Assembly (NCBI GenBank): GCA_963739455.1
Contig: CAVUAK010000001.1
Coordinates: 1,120,001 to 1,184,000 of the forward strand
Source of the DNA: an uncultured Gemmatimonadales bacterium
Lineage (GTDB): Bacteria; Gemmatimonadota; Gemmatimonadetes; Gemmatimonadales; GWC2-71-9
Reading direction: 5' to 3'
DNA: 64,000 bases
The notes beneath the pieces are model-generated. The model was not told where the DNA came from. It worked only from the letters and a program-made list of their open reading frames with translations, and did not search any database. The translations under genes were made by a program, and so were the position numbers. Below are positions 10,099 through 20,180 of this stretch, piece by piece (the stretch's first letter is position 1; the number at the start of each line of letters is the position of its first letter).

Positions 10099-11178
10099 AT
10101 GCGCATCGCCGTCAATACCGGTGGCGGCGACGCCCCCGGACTCAACGCCGTCATCCGCGCGGTCGTGCTCGCCGCACATCACCGCGGCTGGCAGGTGTAC
10201 GGAATCCAGCGCGGCTACGAGGGGCTGCTCACGTTCAACGGGGTGGTGCGCCTCGCGCCCGAGAACGTCCGCGGCATCGTCCATCTCGGTGGCACCATCC
10301 TCGGCACCACCAACCAGGGCAATCCATTCCGCTACGTGGTGACCGACCCCGACGGAACCCGCCGGGAGGTCGACCGCTCGGACGAGCTCATCGCCGCGTT
10401 CCGGGCGAGCGGGCTCGACGCGCTCATCGCGATCGGCGGTGACGGCAGCATGCAGATCGCCTGGGACCTGGCCCGCAAGGGACTGCCGGTGGTGTGCGTG
10501 CCCAAGACGATCGACAACGATGTCGAGTGCACCCAGCAGACCTTCGGCTTCGACACCGCCGTGAGCACGGCGACCGAGGCCATCGACAAGCTGCACTCCA
10601 CGGCCGAGAGTCACCAGCGCGTCATGGTGGTCGAGCTGATGGGTCGAAACGCGGGCTGGATCGCGCTGCACAGCGGGATCTCCGGCACCGCGGACGTCAT
10701 CCTGATTCCCGAGATCCCGTTCGACATCGAGAAGGTGTGCGAGGCGATCCGCGCGCGCGATGCGGCGGGAAAGCACTTCAGCATCGTGGTGGTGGCGGAG
10801 GGTGCGCGCCCGGTCGGCGGCGAGATATCGCTGCTCGAGCGCCGGGGCGCCGGAACGGTGGACCGGATCGGTGGCGTCGGCAGCCGGGTGGCCCAGATGA
10901 TCACCGAGCGAATGGACAAGGAGGTTCGCTCCATCGTGCTCGGGCACCTGCAGCGCGGCGGCTCGCCCACCACCTTCGACCGGTTGCTCGGACTGCGCTT
11001 CGGTGGTGCGGCGGTGCGGGCGGTGGCCGATGGCGCCTTCGGCACGATGCTGGGCCTGGCCGGGACGTCGATCGTCAGGGTACCGCTGGCCGATGCGGTG
11101 GGGCGGCAGAAGGTGGTGCCGCTCGACTCGGACATCGTCGTGACGGCCCGCGAGCAGGGCATCAGCCTTGGGGACTAG
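10099..11178 (+). CDS. pfkA: 6-phosphofructokinase (group III-like, probably ATP-dependent)
   Basis: TGGGDAPGLN, GGTILGT, GGDGS, PKTIDND, ELMGR, LGHLQRGG. Confidence 0.93.
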   Translation: MRIAVNTGGGDAPGLNAVIRAVVLAAHHRGWQVYGIQRGYEGLLTFNGVVRLAPENVRGIVHLGGTILGTTNQGNPFRYVVTDPDGTRREVDRSDELIAAFRASGLDALIAIGGDGSMQIAWDLARKGLPVVCVPKTIDNDVECTQQTFGFDTAVSTATEAIDKLHSTAESHQRVMVVELMGRNAGWIALHSGISGTADVILIPEIPFDIEKVCEAIRARDAAGKHFSIVVVAEGARPVGGEISLLERRGAGTVDRIGGVGSRVAQMITERMDKEVRSIVLGHLQRGGSPTTFDRLLGLRFGGAAVRAVADGAFGTMLGLAGTSIVRVPLADAVGRQKVVPLDSDIVVTAREQGISLGD

Positions 11179-13205
11179 GCGCGAGCCGGTGGTCGAGGTC
11201 CTCCACGGCGTCGAGGTCGTCGATCCGTATCGCTGGCTCGAGGATGGCGACGCGGATGAGGTGCGCGCGTGGACCGCGGAACAGAACGCGCAGACCGACG
11301 CGTGGCTCGCTGCGGTCCCGGCACGCGCCGCGATCCATCGCCGCCTGCAGCAGCTGCTGGGCATCGGCGTGCTCGGCACGCCCACGCCGGCTCGCGGGCG
11401 GTACCTCTACCAGCGGCGGGAGGGCAGCACCAACCAGCCGGTGCTCTACGTGCGTGACGGCCTCGAGGGCACCGACCGCGTCGCAATCGACCCGAATGCG
11501 CTGTCACGCGAGGGTACCACCGCACTCGACTGGTATCACGTGAGCCCGGATGGCCGGCGACTGGCATACGGCCTCTCCGCCGATGGCAGCGAGCAGAGCG
11601 TGCTGCAGGTGCTCGACCTCGATACCCTCGCACCACTCGCCGATCGCATTCCCCATACGCGCAGTTGCGACCTCGCCTGGCTCCCGGACGGGACGGGCTT
11701 CTACTACACGCGCTATCCGGCACCGGGCTCGGTGCCGGCTGGTGAGGAGCAGTACCATCGCGCCATCTGGTTCCACCGGCTGGGTGACGATCCTGCCGTG
11801 GACCGGCTCGTCTTCACGCCGGCGGAAAAGGAACACTGGCCGGGTGTGGCGCTCTCCGACGACGGGCGCTGGCTGGTGATCGGTGTGGCTCGCACCTTCG
11901 ACGAGACCGATCTCTACCTGCAGGACCTCGCGCCCGGCGGGCAACTCGTGCCGGTCGCGATTGGACAGGCGGCGACGTTCGATTGCCAGGTAGCGCACGG
12001 CGTCATGTACATCCGCACCAACCGGGATGCGCCGACCTTTCGCCTGTACGCCGCCGATCCAACGAGCGCCGACGCGCGACTGGCGCGAGCTCGTCCCTGC
12101 ACGACCCGATGCGGTGCTCTCGAGCGTGGGCGTGACTGCGACCCACCTTGTGCTGGACTATCTCGAGCGTGCAACCGCGCGAGTTCGCCTCGCCGGACTC
12201 GATGGTGGCAGCGTGCGCGAGGTGGCCCTGCCGACGCTTGGAAGCCTCTTCGGCCTGGCGATGGAGCCCGACGGCACCGAAGTGCTGTTCGGGTTCTCGT
12301 CGTTCACCGTGCCGCCAAGCGTGTACCGCCTTGACCCGGCCACGGGTACAACGGCCCTCTGGCGACGAGTCGAGGCCGGCATCGATCCGGAGCGCTTCCG
12401 TGTGAGCCAGGTAGAGTATCCGTCAGCCGACGGCACCAGGATCACGATGTTCCTGGTCCATCGACGCGACATCGACCCCAATGGCTGCCGGCCGACGTTC
12501 CTCACCGGGTATGGCGGCTTCAACATCTCCATGACCCCGGCGTTCTCGCGGTCCATGCTGCTGTGGCTCGAGTCTGGCGGCGTGGTGGCGATACCGAACC
12601 TTCGCGGTGGCGGGGAGTACGGCGAGTCCTGGCACCAGGATGGCATGCTGGGACGGAAGCAGAACACCTTCGACGATTTCATCGCCGCGGCAGAGTGGCT
12701 CATCGCCTCGGGGTGGACCAGTGCGGCACAACTCGCCGCCCAGGGCGGGTCGAACGGCGGCCTGCTCATGGGCGCCGTCCTGACCCAGCGGCCGGACCTG
12801 TTCCGGGCCGTCGTCGTTCAGGTTCCCCTGCTCGACATGCTGCGCTATCATCGATTCCTGATCGCGCGGCTGTGGATCCCGGAATACGGCTCGGCCGATG
12901 ATCCGGAGCAGTTCCGCTGGCTGGCCGCATACTCGCCGTACCACCGTGTGCAGGACGGCGTCTCATACCCGGCGATCATGATTGCCACGGCGGAAAGTGA
13001 CACGCGCGTTGATCCGTTGCATGCGCGCAAGATGACGGCCAGGCTGCAGGAGGCGACGTCGTCCGGGCTTCCGGTCCTGCTGCGGCTGGAGTCGCGAGCA
13101 GGACACGGGGCGGGGAAGCCACTGGCGAAGGTGCTCGACGAGTTGACCGACACGTGGACATTCATCTGGCGCGAGCTCGGGCTCGCCGCCCCGGAGGATC
13201 GATGA
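11168..13205 (+). CDS. Prolyl oligopeptidase (S9A); frameshift near 12068
   Basis: DPYRWLED, GYGGF, RGGGEYG, GGSNGG, DTRV, AGHG. Confidence 0.92.
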
Positions 13206-13735
13206 CCGACGCGGTCGCAGGCACCAATCGTGGCGTGGCGGGGCAGGGCCTGGCGGTGATTCGCGTCCTGGTGGGCTTCTGGTTCGCGAAGGCCCTGTAC
13301 ACCAAGCTTGCCCTGCTGGGAGGAGTTGTTCCGCTGCCGTTCGCATCCGATCGCTGGATCGAGATGATGCCGAAGATCGTCGCAAAGCAGATGGCCGAGA
13401 ATCCGAACCTGTCCTACAAGGCATTCGTGGAAGGAACGGTGCTGACGAACGTACCACTCTTCGCCAACCTGACGGCGATCGGTGAGGCAGTGGCGGGAAC
13501 GCTGCTGGTGCTGGGGCTGTTCAACGGTGTCGGCGCCGTCACGGCGCTCCTGCTCACGCTCAACTACGGCACGGCCACCTGGCACATCTCACCAGCCAAC
13601 CAGGGATTTCACTGGACGCTGGGTGCCGCACTCCTCGGCATCCTGTGGGGCCGGGCCGGGATGACGTGGGGCCTGGATGGGTGGCTCGCCAGCCGGAAGG
13701 CAGGATGGTGGGGCAGCAAGCGTCCCTGGAGCTGA
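13202..13735 (+). CDS. DoxX/DoxD-family membrane protein
   Basis: IRVLVG.WF..K, GE...G.LLVLG, GAG.TWGLD-type motifs; several hydrophobic helices. Confidence 0.75.
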   Translation: MTDAVAGTNRGVAGQGLAVIRVLVGFWFAKALYTKLALLGGVVPLPFASDRWIEMMPKIVAKQMAENPNLSYKAFVEGTVLTNVPLFANLTAIGEAVAGTLLVLGLFNGVGAVTALLLTLNYGTATWHISPANQGFHWTLGAALLGILWGRAGMTWGLDGWLASRKAGWWGSKRPWS

Positions 13736-13739
13736 AGCT

Positions 13740-14303
13740 TCAGTACGGTCCGCGGCTCATGTGGCTCGCGCCGGCCGAACCCATGACCTCGCAGAAGGCG
13801 TCGGTTTCCGAATAAAGGACGCAGAACATGCCGTCCACCTGCCAGCGTTGCCACCACAGGAACATGATGCCGCGGTCGGCCCCGGAAAAATTCGGGTAGG
13901 GGTGCTCGCCATCGTATCGCGCGATGTGCGTGTGTACGGTGCCCATCCAGTTCGGTGGTCCGCAGGCATCGATCGAGCCCTGCGCCGAGACCCCGAGTGA
14001 ATCGGCATTCCCGCCCTCCAGCAGCATGACCCGCGTCACCCGCACGCTGTCCTCGCGGACCTCGCCAGCAATGCATGCAACATGTTCCCGCTTCTCCGCC
14101 GCGCTCTCGCTCCACAGGCGCCGGAGCAGGCCGCTGGCGTCGGCGCCGAAGCTGAAGCGTGCCGGGAGCTTCTGGAAGTCGGACTTGGGAACCGGGGGCA
14201 TCTGGTTCCCGCGCGGCTGCTGGTAGCCGGGCGCCGAGTCCTGGCCAGCGACGGCGGACACGGTGCCGAAGACCAGGAGGAGCAGGATGCCTGAACGACG
14301 CAG
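13740..14303 (-). CDS. Exported hypothetical protein with a JAB/MPN-like metal motif
   Basis: In-frame signal-like N-terminus (LRRSGILLLLVFGTVSAVAG), then REHVAC ... GTVHTH ... FSGAD. Start codon uncertain (CTG 14303 or GTG 14261). Confidence 0.6.
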   Translation of the reverse strand: MRRSGILLLLVFGTVSAVAGQDSAPGYQQPRGNQMPPVPKSDFQKLPARFSFGADASGLLRRLWSESAAEKREHVACIAGEVREDSVRVTRVMLLEGGNADSLGVSAQGSIDACGPPNWMGTVHTHIARYDGEHPYPNFSGADRGIMFLWWQRWQVDGMFCVLYSETDAFCEVMGSAGASHMSRGPY

Positions 14304-14341
14304 GGTAACCTCGCAGGAGCAGACTCCTGAAGGTTACCCTG
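14301..14341 (-). terminator. Long hairpin after the beta-propeller gene
   Basis: CAGGGTAACCT...CAGGAG-CAGA-CTCCTG...AGGTTACCCTG inverted repeat. Confidence 0.6.
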
Positions 14342-14365
14342 TTTTCGTCCGGGTGGCCCGGCGCG

Positions 14366-15443
14366 TCAGGGGGCGGCGCCGATCGCGACGCCCCACGGCA
14401 CGCTTCCGACCGGGATGGTCTTTACGACCGTGAACGTCGCGAGGTCGATGACACTGACGTCGTTGGACGGACCGTTGGCGCTGTAGAGCTTGTTCCCGTC
14501 CTTCGAAAGCGCAATGCCCCACGGCCGCTTGCCCACGGCAACGGACTGCGAGACCTGGTTGGTCGCCACGTCAATGGCGCTCACCGTGCCACCCCGCCCG
14601 TTGCTCACGTAGAGGCGCTTCCCATCGGGTGCCGCCAGGATGGTCATCGGCTTGGAGCCCTCGGGCATCGTGATGGTTCCCGTCACCTTCTTCGTTGCGA
14701 CGTCGATCACCGAGACGGTGCCCGCACCCTCGTTCGCCGAGTAGGCCTTCGAGCCATCGGGCAGGAACGCAACGGTGCGGGGCCGCAAGCCTACGACCAC
14801 CCGACCGAGCAGCTTCCCCGATTCGGCGTCGAGGATCGTGATGTCATGATCGGTCTCGCCGCTTACCCAGACCGACTTGCCGTCGGGCGTGAGCGTGACG
14901 CCCTCGGGTTCCTTTCCAGTCGGCACCGTCGCGAGGATCTTCCCGGTGGCGATGTCGACGATGGATGCCACGCCCGCGTCTTCGTTCGAGACGTAGAGTC
15001 TTCGAGTCGTCGGCGGACAGGGTGAACGTCTCCGGGTCGGATCCACCCGGGAGCACGCGGCTCACCGTCCGGCTTGCGGCATCGACCACCGCCACCCCGT
15101 CCTTCGTCTTGTCGGAGCCGAGCTTTTCGCAGTCCTCGTCGGACATCGCCGGCGGGCACTTGGGCGAGCCGGTGAGTGCGACGAACACCTGCTTGCCGTC
15201 GCGGCTTGTCTTCACTCCACGGGGTCGGGTCCCAACGGGAATGGTGCCGATGACCGAGTCGTTGTCGACGTTGATGATGGTGAGGTCGTGCGAGTCCTCG
15301 TTGGTGACGTAGGCATACGCCGAGGGTGGCGGCGGCGGTGGCGGCGTTGCGGGGGTCGGTTGCGGCTTCTCGCCACACCCGAGGCCAAGGATGGTGCTGG
15401 CGGCGACAATGGCGCGGTAGCGCGCCGGGCGAGAATTCCTCAT
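14366..15443 (-). CDS. YVTN beta-propeller lipoprotein (PQQ-catabolism-associated type); frameshift near 15000
   Basis: Lipobox LGLGC, AYVTNE, repeated P.G...SPDG..LYV.N blades. Confidence 0.85.
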
Positions 15444-15485
15444 GCTCTCCTTACGTCCCTGACGTCGGTTGTCACGATGCCGGTG

Positions 15486-16283
15486 CTACGGTGCGCTGAA
15501 TGTGGCCTTGTCGACGTTCCGGGCCTCGTCGAGGCCCTTCATCTGGTCGCGCCCCGTGATGCCGACGAAGATGGCCCCATCGACGTTGGACTTGTTGAAC
15601 TCCGCCCCGGTGACATCGGCGCCGGTGAAATCGGTGCTGGCCAGGTCGGCGTTCTGGAGGTTCGCGTTGACGAGCTTCGCCTTCCGCAGGGAAGCGAAGG
15701 AGAAATCGGCCTTGAAGAGGTTGGCGCCGGTGAAGTCGGCGCCTGTCAGGTCAGCGCTGACGAACTGCGCCCGCATGACGCCCATCGACTGGTTGCCGGG
15801 ATCGGCGCCGATGTTGGCATTGGCGAGGTTGGCGTCAACGAGAGTGGCGCCGCGCAGGTAGCCGATGATCCGCGTATCGCGCAGGTCGGCGCCATTGAGG
15901 TTGGCTTTCTCGATGATCGTGGCGAAGAGGCTCGCGCCGCGCAGGTCGGCCTTCGAGAGGTTGGCACGCCTGAGCGTGGTGCCGTCGAGGTTGGCCTTCT
16001 TCAGGTCGGCGCCCTCGAGCACGGCGTCGGTGAGGTCACAACTGAAGAAGTCGGAGCCCGCGAGCTTCGCCCCGGAGAAATTCGTGCCGGTGAGGATGGC
16101 GCGCTTGAAGTCGACGCCCTCGAGCACGATACCACTGAGGTCGGCGCCGGCGAGGTTGGCCGGCGCAGCATCAGTGGACTGCGCGAGACGCTCGGTGACC
16201 TGTGCGTTGGTGAGGCGCGGGGCCTGGGCAGTGGCCGCACTGGTGAGGGCCAGGAACGCGGCAGCCGCCACGGCGCCCCGCAT
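15486..16283 (-). CDS. Exported pentapeptide-repeat protein
   Basis: Signal peptide followed by many A(D/N)Lxx repeats. Confidence 0.9.
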   Translation of the reverse strand: MRGAVAAAAFLALTSAATAQAPRLTNAQVTERLAQSTDAAPANLAGADLSGIVLEGVDFKRAILTGTNFSGAKLAGSDFFSCDLTDAVLEGADLKKANLDGTTLRRANLSKADLRGASLFATIIEKANLNGADLRDTRIIGYLRGATLVDANLANANIGADPGNQSMGVMRAQFVSADLTGADFTGANLFKADFSFASLRKAKLVNANLQNADLASTDFTGADVTGAEFNKSNVDGAIFVGITGRDQMKGLDEARNVDKATFSAP

Positions 16284-16291
16284 GATGTGGC

Positions 16292-16744
16292 TCAGCCGTC
16301 GGCCTTGGCGGCCGGCCTGCCCGCCGCGACCTTGCCATCGGCGCGAAGCTTCAGGTAGACGTAGATGTTCTGGATCTTGTCCATTTCGAGGCCGAGCTGG
16401 CACCACGAGGGCATGCCCTTGTCGGGGCGCCCCTGGCACACGACCGTGATGAACGCCGCCTGGTCGGGAATGGTGCCACCGTCCTTGAGCGACACGATCA
16501 GCGCCGGCGCGAAGGAGGTGCCGACACCGTACTCGCCATGGCATCGGGAGCAGTTGAGCTCGAACTGCTTCCATCCCTGATAGGCGTTCTGGGGAATCGT
16601 GTCCCGGTGGCCCGCCTCGGTCGACTTGATGTAGGCGTTCCAGTTGACACTGTCCTGCGCCTCTGCGCGGACGGTGCCGATGATCGTGAGGGCCGCGATC
16701 ACGGCGATGGCGCGGGCGGCAAGGCGAATCGGCGAGCTGGTCAT
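16292..16744 (-). CDS. xoxG: XoxG/MxaG-like cytochrome c, likely electron acceptor of XoxF
   Basis: Signal peptide, CSRCH, KGMPSW; third gene after xoxF and xoxJ. Confidence 0.75.
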   Translation of the reverse strand: MTSSPIRLAARAIAVIAALTIIGTVRAEAQDSVNWNAYIKSTEAGHRDTIPQNAYQGWKQFELNCSRCHGEYGVGTSFAPALIVSLKDGGTIPDQAAFITVVCQGRPDKGMPSWCQLGLEMDKIQNIYVYLKLRADGKVAAGRPAAKADG

Positions 16745-16769
16745 GCGGCTGACAGATCCTTTCATGGGT

Positions 16770-17630
16770 TCAATTGCCCTTTGCCGCGGGCGGCCCCGCG
16801 ACCTCCAGGGGCAGCAGCGGCACATTGTAGCTTTGCAAGATCTTCACCATGTCTCCACCGCGCGTGTCGATCACGGCCTGGAGACTGTCGCGGAACTTGG
16901 TGTCCCGCCGGCGGACACCCATTCCCATGCTGTAGACGAAGGGAATCCCCTGCACGGTGTCCTCGGCGACCCGCTGCATGACGAGTGGCACCTTGCTCTG
17001 CTGGACGAAGTACCCCGCGATCGGGCCCCACACAATCGCGACGTCGATGCTGTCCCCGAGGGCCTTGAAGATGTCGTCGGGGCGGTAGATGTCACTGTAG
17101 TTGGTCGGGAAGCCGACCAGGTTGCCCACCACACCGAACGAGCTCATGGCCATGGCCGGTGGGGTATTCTCGGCGTCCGAGTTGAGAATGTGCACCCCGA
17201 TGCGCAGGTGGCGGAAGGTGGTGTCCGCCAGCGACGAGAGATTGAGCCCGCTGTCCTTGCGGTACACGATGAAGTAGCCGGACCGGAAGTAGGGGCCGGT
17301 GACGCCGGCGATGTCGAGGCCGCTCGGTGCAGTGATGGCGACGTCGCAGTAACGGCCATTGAGCGCCCGGCTGAAGAACCCGCGCCGCACCGGCCACCAG
17401 GCGTACTCCACGCGCCATCCCCAGGTCTGCGCGATCAATTCTGCGATCTTGATCTCGTACCCCTCACCGGCCTGGTTGGAGGCAGGAAGGTTGTCGGGGT
17501 CGGCACACACGCGAAGCACTCCGGCTTCCCGGCCGGCCTTGAGCTGTGTGCTGTGCAGGGAGTCTTCCTGCGCGGCGGCGCTGCTGGCCGTGATGGCTAT
17601 GGCGACTAGGGTGACGATGCCGGTGCGCAT
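16770..17630 (-). CDS. xoxJ: XoxJ/MxaJ periplasmic binding-fold protein
   Basis: LRVCADPDNLP.SN..GEGYE, RRGFF, PYFRSGY, AIVWGPIAGY, MGMGVRR. Confidence 0.92.
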   Translation of the reverse strand: MRTGIVTLVAIAITASSAAAQEDSLHSTQLKAGREAGVLRVCADPDNLPASNQAGEGYEIKIAELIAQTWGWRVEYAWWPVRRGFFSRALNGRYCDVAITAPSGLDIAGVTGPYFRSGYFIVYRKDSGLNLSSLADTTFRHLRIGVHILNSDAENTPPAMAMSSFGVVGNLVGFPTNYSDIYRPDDIFKALGDSIDVAIVWGPIAGYFVQQSKVPLVMQRVAEDTVQGIPFVYSMGMGVRRRDTKFRDSLQAVIDTRGGDMVKILQSYNVPLLPLEVAGPPAAKGN

Positions 17631-17687
17631 GGAGCCCGACTCCTTGAGCGGCCAGGCGGAAGGTGCCCGGCGCGAGTAGGCAATAAT

Positions 17688-17740
17688 AACGAAGGCGCGG
17701 ACTGTTGGGGCAATGATACCCCGCAGCCGGCGCCTTCGTT
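17688..17740 (-). terminator. Large stem-loop between xoxF and xoxJ (terminator or mRNA stabiliser)
   Basis: AACGAAGGCGC...GGGG...CCCC...GCGCCTTCGTT with U-rich flanks on both sides. Confidence 0.65.
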
Positions 17741-17803
17741 TTGAAGCCTGTCAGACTGCACCGTGGGAGCCCGGCCGAAGCCGGACTCTCACGGATGGAG
17801 CAT

Positions 17804-19648
17804 TTAGAGCGAGAACACGGTCAGCACGCCGCCCTGCGTCGAGAACTGCGCGGCGTCGCCGAAGGCGCCGAGCGCGCCGAGACCGGCGGTCGGATCTTCA
17901 GCGCCGATGCCCGCGGCCACGCCGATGCCAGCCCAGCCACCGATGCCCGAGAGCACGGCGACATACTGCTTGCCATCAGGCGCAACGTAGGTCATCGGGT
18001 TGCCGATGATGCCCGACGGGGTCTTGAACTGCCAGAGGACCTTGCCGGACTTCTGATCGACAGCCTTGAGCCAGCCTTCCATGGTGCCGTAGAAGGCGAT
18101 GCCGCCGGCGGTGGTCAGTGCGCCACCGTAGGCTGCGAGCGGCTCCTTGATCTCCCACACCGTGGACGCCGCGCGGTCCTTACCGGCCGTCGGATCCCAA
18201 GCGAGGAACCGGCCACGGAACCCGCCCGGGCCAGGGAACATGCGGACGATCGCGCCAACGTACGGCTGACCGGCCGTGTACTTCACCTCTACGCCCTCGT
18301 AGTCCATGCAGATGTGGTTCGTGGGGACGTAGAACAGGCCGGTGATCGGCGAGTACGCAGCAGGCTGCTGGTCCTTGAAGCCGATTGCGGCCGGGCAGAT
18401 GCCCTCGGTGTTCTTCTTCGCGGTGGTACCAAACCGCGGATCCTTCTGCGGGATACCAGTCGCCAGGTCGACCTTGGTCGCCCAGTTGACCGGGCCGTAG
18501 GGCTCGGCCTTCGTGAGCTTGCCGTTGGTGCGGTCGATCGTGTAGGCGAAGCCGTTACGGTCGAAGTGCTGGAGCAGCTTCTGACCGCCCTTGTCGAACA
18601 GGATGTTCTCGTTGACGCCGTCGTAATCCCACTCGTCGTGCGGCGTCATCTGGTAGGCCCAGGCCACCGTACCATCAGCCGGGTGGCGCGCGAAAATGGT
18701 CATGGACCACTTGTTGTCGCCAGGCCGCTGGTCGGGGTTCCACGAGCCCGGGTTACCCACGCTGTAGTAGAAGAGGTCGAGCTCTGGGTCGTAGGAGTAC
18801 CAGCCCCAGGTCGTGCCGCCGCCGATCTTCCACTCGTTGCCCGTCCACGTGGTAACGCCGAGGTCCTTGCCCTTGTGCGAGGCATAGTTGGCGTTGCCGA
18901 CACCGTTCACGATGCCGACTTCGTCATCCGGACCGGTGCTGTACTTGGTCCAAATGTTCTTGCCGGTGTTCACGTCGAACGCGGTCACGCGACCACGGAC
19001 GCCGAACTCACCGCCAGAGATGCCGGCCATGACCATGTCCTTGATCACGATCGGGGCGTTCGTCATCGTGGCGCCCTGCTTGTAGCCGTTCGCCTCGACG
19101 CCGGCGTTGGACTTATCCGGGTGCTTCGACTTCCAGAGTTCCTTGCCCGTCTTCGCATCAAGAGCCAGCAGCTCGCCCTGCAGCAGCTGAATGAAGATCT
19201 TGCCGCTCTTGTGGTAGGCGGTGCCACGGTTCACCAGGTCGCAGCACGCGATAGGAATCGCGTCCGGGGACTGGTTCGGCGTGTACTGCCAGATGATCGG
19301 CGCGCCCGGCTTGGAAAGATCAAGCGCGTAGACCTTGTTCGGGAACGAGGTGTGCACGTACATCACGTTCCCGATGACGAGCGGGTTGCCCTCGTGACCG
19401 CGAAGGGTGCCGGTGGAGAAGCTCCAGGCCGCCTTCAGGTTTGCCACGTTGGCAGTCGTGATCTGCTTGAGCGGGCTGAACCGCGACAAGCCGTAATCAC
19501 GGCCCGTCATGACCCACTCGCCCTCAGCGGCGCCATAGGTCCACGCCCCTGTGCGGGCCGCCGCCTGGGCGTTGGCGGACGCGACGGCGAAAACGAGCAT
19601 GCTCGCCGCAATACCGCCAGATATCACCTTCTGGCTTCTACGGTTCAT
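17804..19648 (-). CDS. xoxF: Lanthanide-dependent PQQ methanol dehydrogenase XoxF
   Basis: Signal peptide, LRGHEG, vicinal ACCDLVNRG, SGGEFGVRG, GNPGSWN, PHDEWDYDGVNE (D-Y-D, extra Ln-binding Asp), C-terminal GG.LTVFSL; GAGGT RBS before ATG 19648. Confidence 0.96.
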   Translation of the reverse strand: MNRRSQKVISGGIAASMLVFAVASANAQAAARTGAWTYGAAEGEWVMTGRDYGLSRFSPLKQITTANVANLKAAWSFSTGTLRGHEGNPLVIGNVMYVHTSFPNKVYALDLSKPGAPIIWQYTPNQSPDAIPIACCDLVNRGTAYHKSGKIFIQLLQGELLALDAKTGKELWKSKHPDKSNAGVEANGYKQGATMTNAPIVIKDMVMAGISGGEFGVRGRVTAFDVNTGKNIWTKYSTGPDDEVGIVNGVGNANYASHKGKDLGVTTWTGNEWKIGGGTTWGWYSYDPELDLFYYSVGNPGSWNPDQRPGDNKWSMTIFARHPADGTVAWAYQMTPHDEWDYDGVNENILFDKGGQKLLQHFDRNGFAYTIDRTNGKLTKAEPYGPVNWATKVDLATGIPQKDPRFGTTAKKNTEGICPAAIGFKDQQPAAYSPITGLFYVPTNHICMDYEGVEVKYTAGQPYVGAIVRMFPGPGGFRGRFLAWDPTAGKDRAASTVWEIKEPLAAYGGALTTAGGIAFYGTMEGWLKAVDQKSGKVLWQFKTPSGIIGNPMTYVAPDGKQYVAVLSGIGGWAGIGVAAGIGAEDPTAGLGALGAFGDAAQFSTQGGVLTVFSL

Positions 19649-20002
19649 ACTGACCTCTTCATAAAGGGTGACTTCCACTGCACCACCGCACTGCGGGACC
19701 GACACCGCGCATCCGGACGGACGCGCGGTGAGACTGTAACCGCGCGCGACGAAGCCGCGCGGTGCATGTGACGGGAACTGGCGTTCAGCGTATGAAGGAC
19801 ATCGCTCGCGCTGGAGTGGGTCGGCGAGCCGGGCAACTGGGGGGCGGAACAATCGAGAAGGGTATTCGTATTGGGATCGGCGCACCGCCAGCGCATGGAG
19901 CGCCATGACGAGATCCCGCGCCAAGCAGGACGCCGGCGATTCAGGGACCGAATATTTGATGGATTCGTCATGAGAGTGCCTGGTTGTGCCATGATCCTCT
20001 AC

Positions 20003-20030
20003 AGGATACGCCCCCACCAGCCGATGTCAA
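20003..20030 (-). promoter_or_regulatory. Sigma70-like promoter for the xox operon
   Basis: TTGACA-N16-TATCCT on the minus strand, about 350 nt upstream of xoxF. Confidence 0.6.
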
Positions 20031-20180
20031 CAACCGGTGCGGATTGCCCCTAAGTCGGGCGCTGCCAAATGCCTAACGCTTCGATTCCCGTAACGTGAGC
20101 GTGGAGGCCGACCGTACGCCCTGAGATGTTTCGGAGGTTGCATCCTGAGGCGCCTAGAATACGGCGTGAACCCGGTGCTG

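Noticed and set aside
10099..11178. pfkA as evidence of RuMP-cycle assimilation
   Set aside because: No hps/phi in the window; GGDGS suggests an ordinary ATP-dependent glycolytic enzyme in an unrelated operon.
17741..19771. 676-aa plus-strand ORF
   Set aside because: Antisense shadow of xoxF with no recognisable domain.
19975..19991. Sigma54-like TGGCAC site upstream of xoxF
   Set aside because: Spacing is GG-N9-GC rather than GG-N10-GC.
19649..20017. N-terminal extension of XoxF to 737 aa in the ORF track
   Set aside because: RBS and signal peptide fit ATG 19648; the extension overlaps the promoter and leader.
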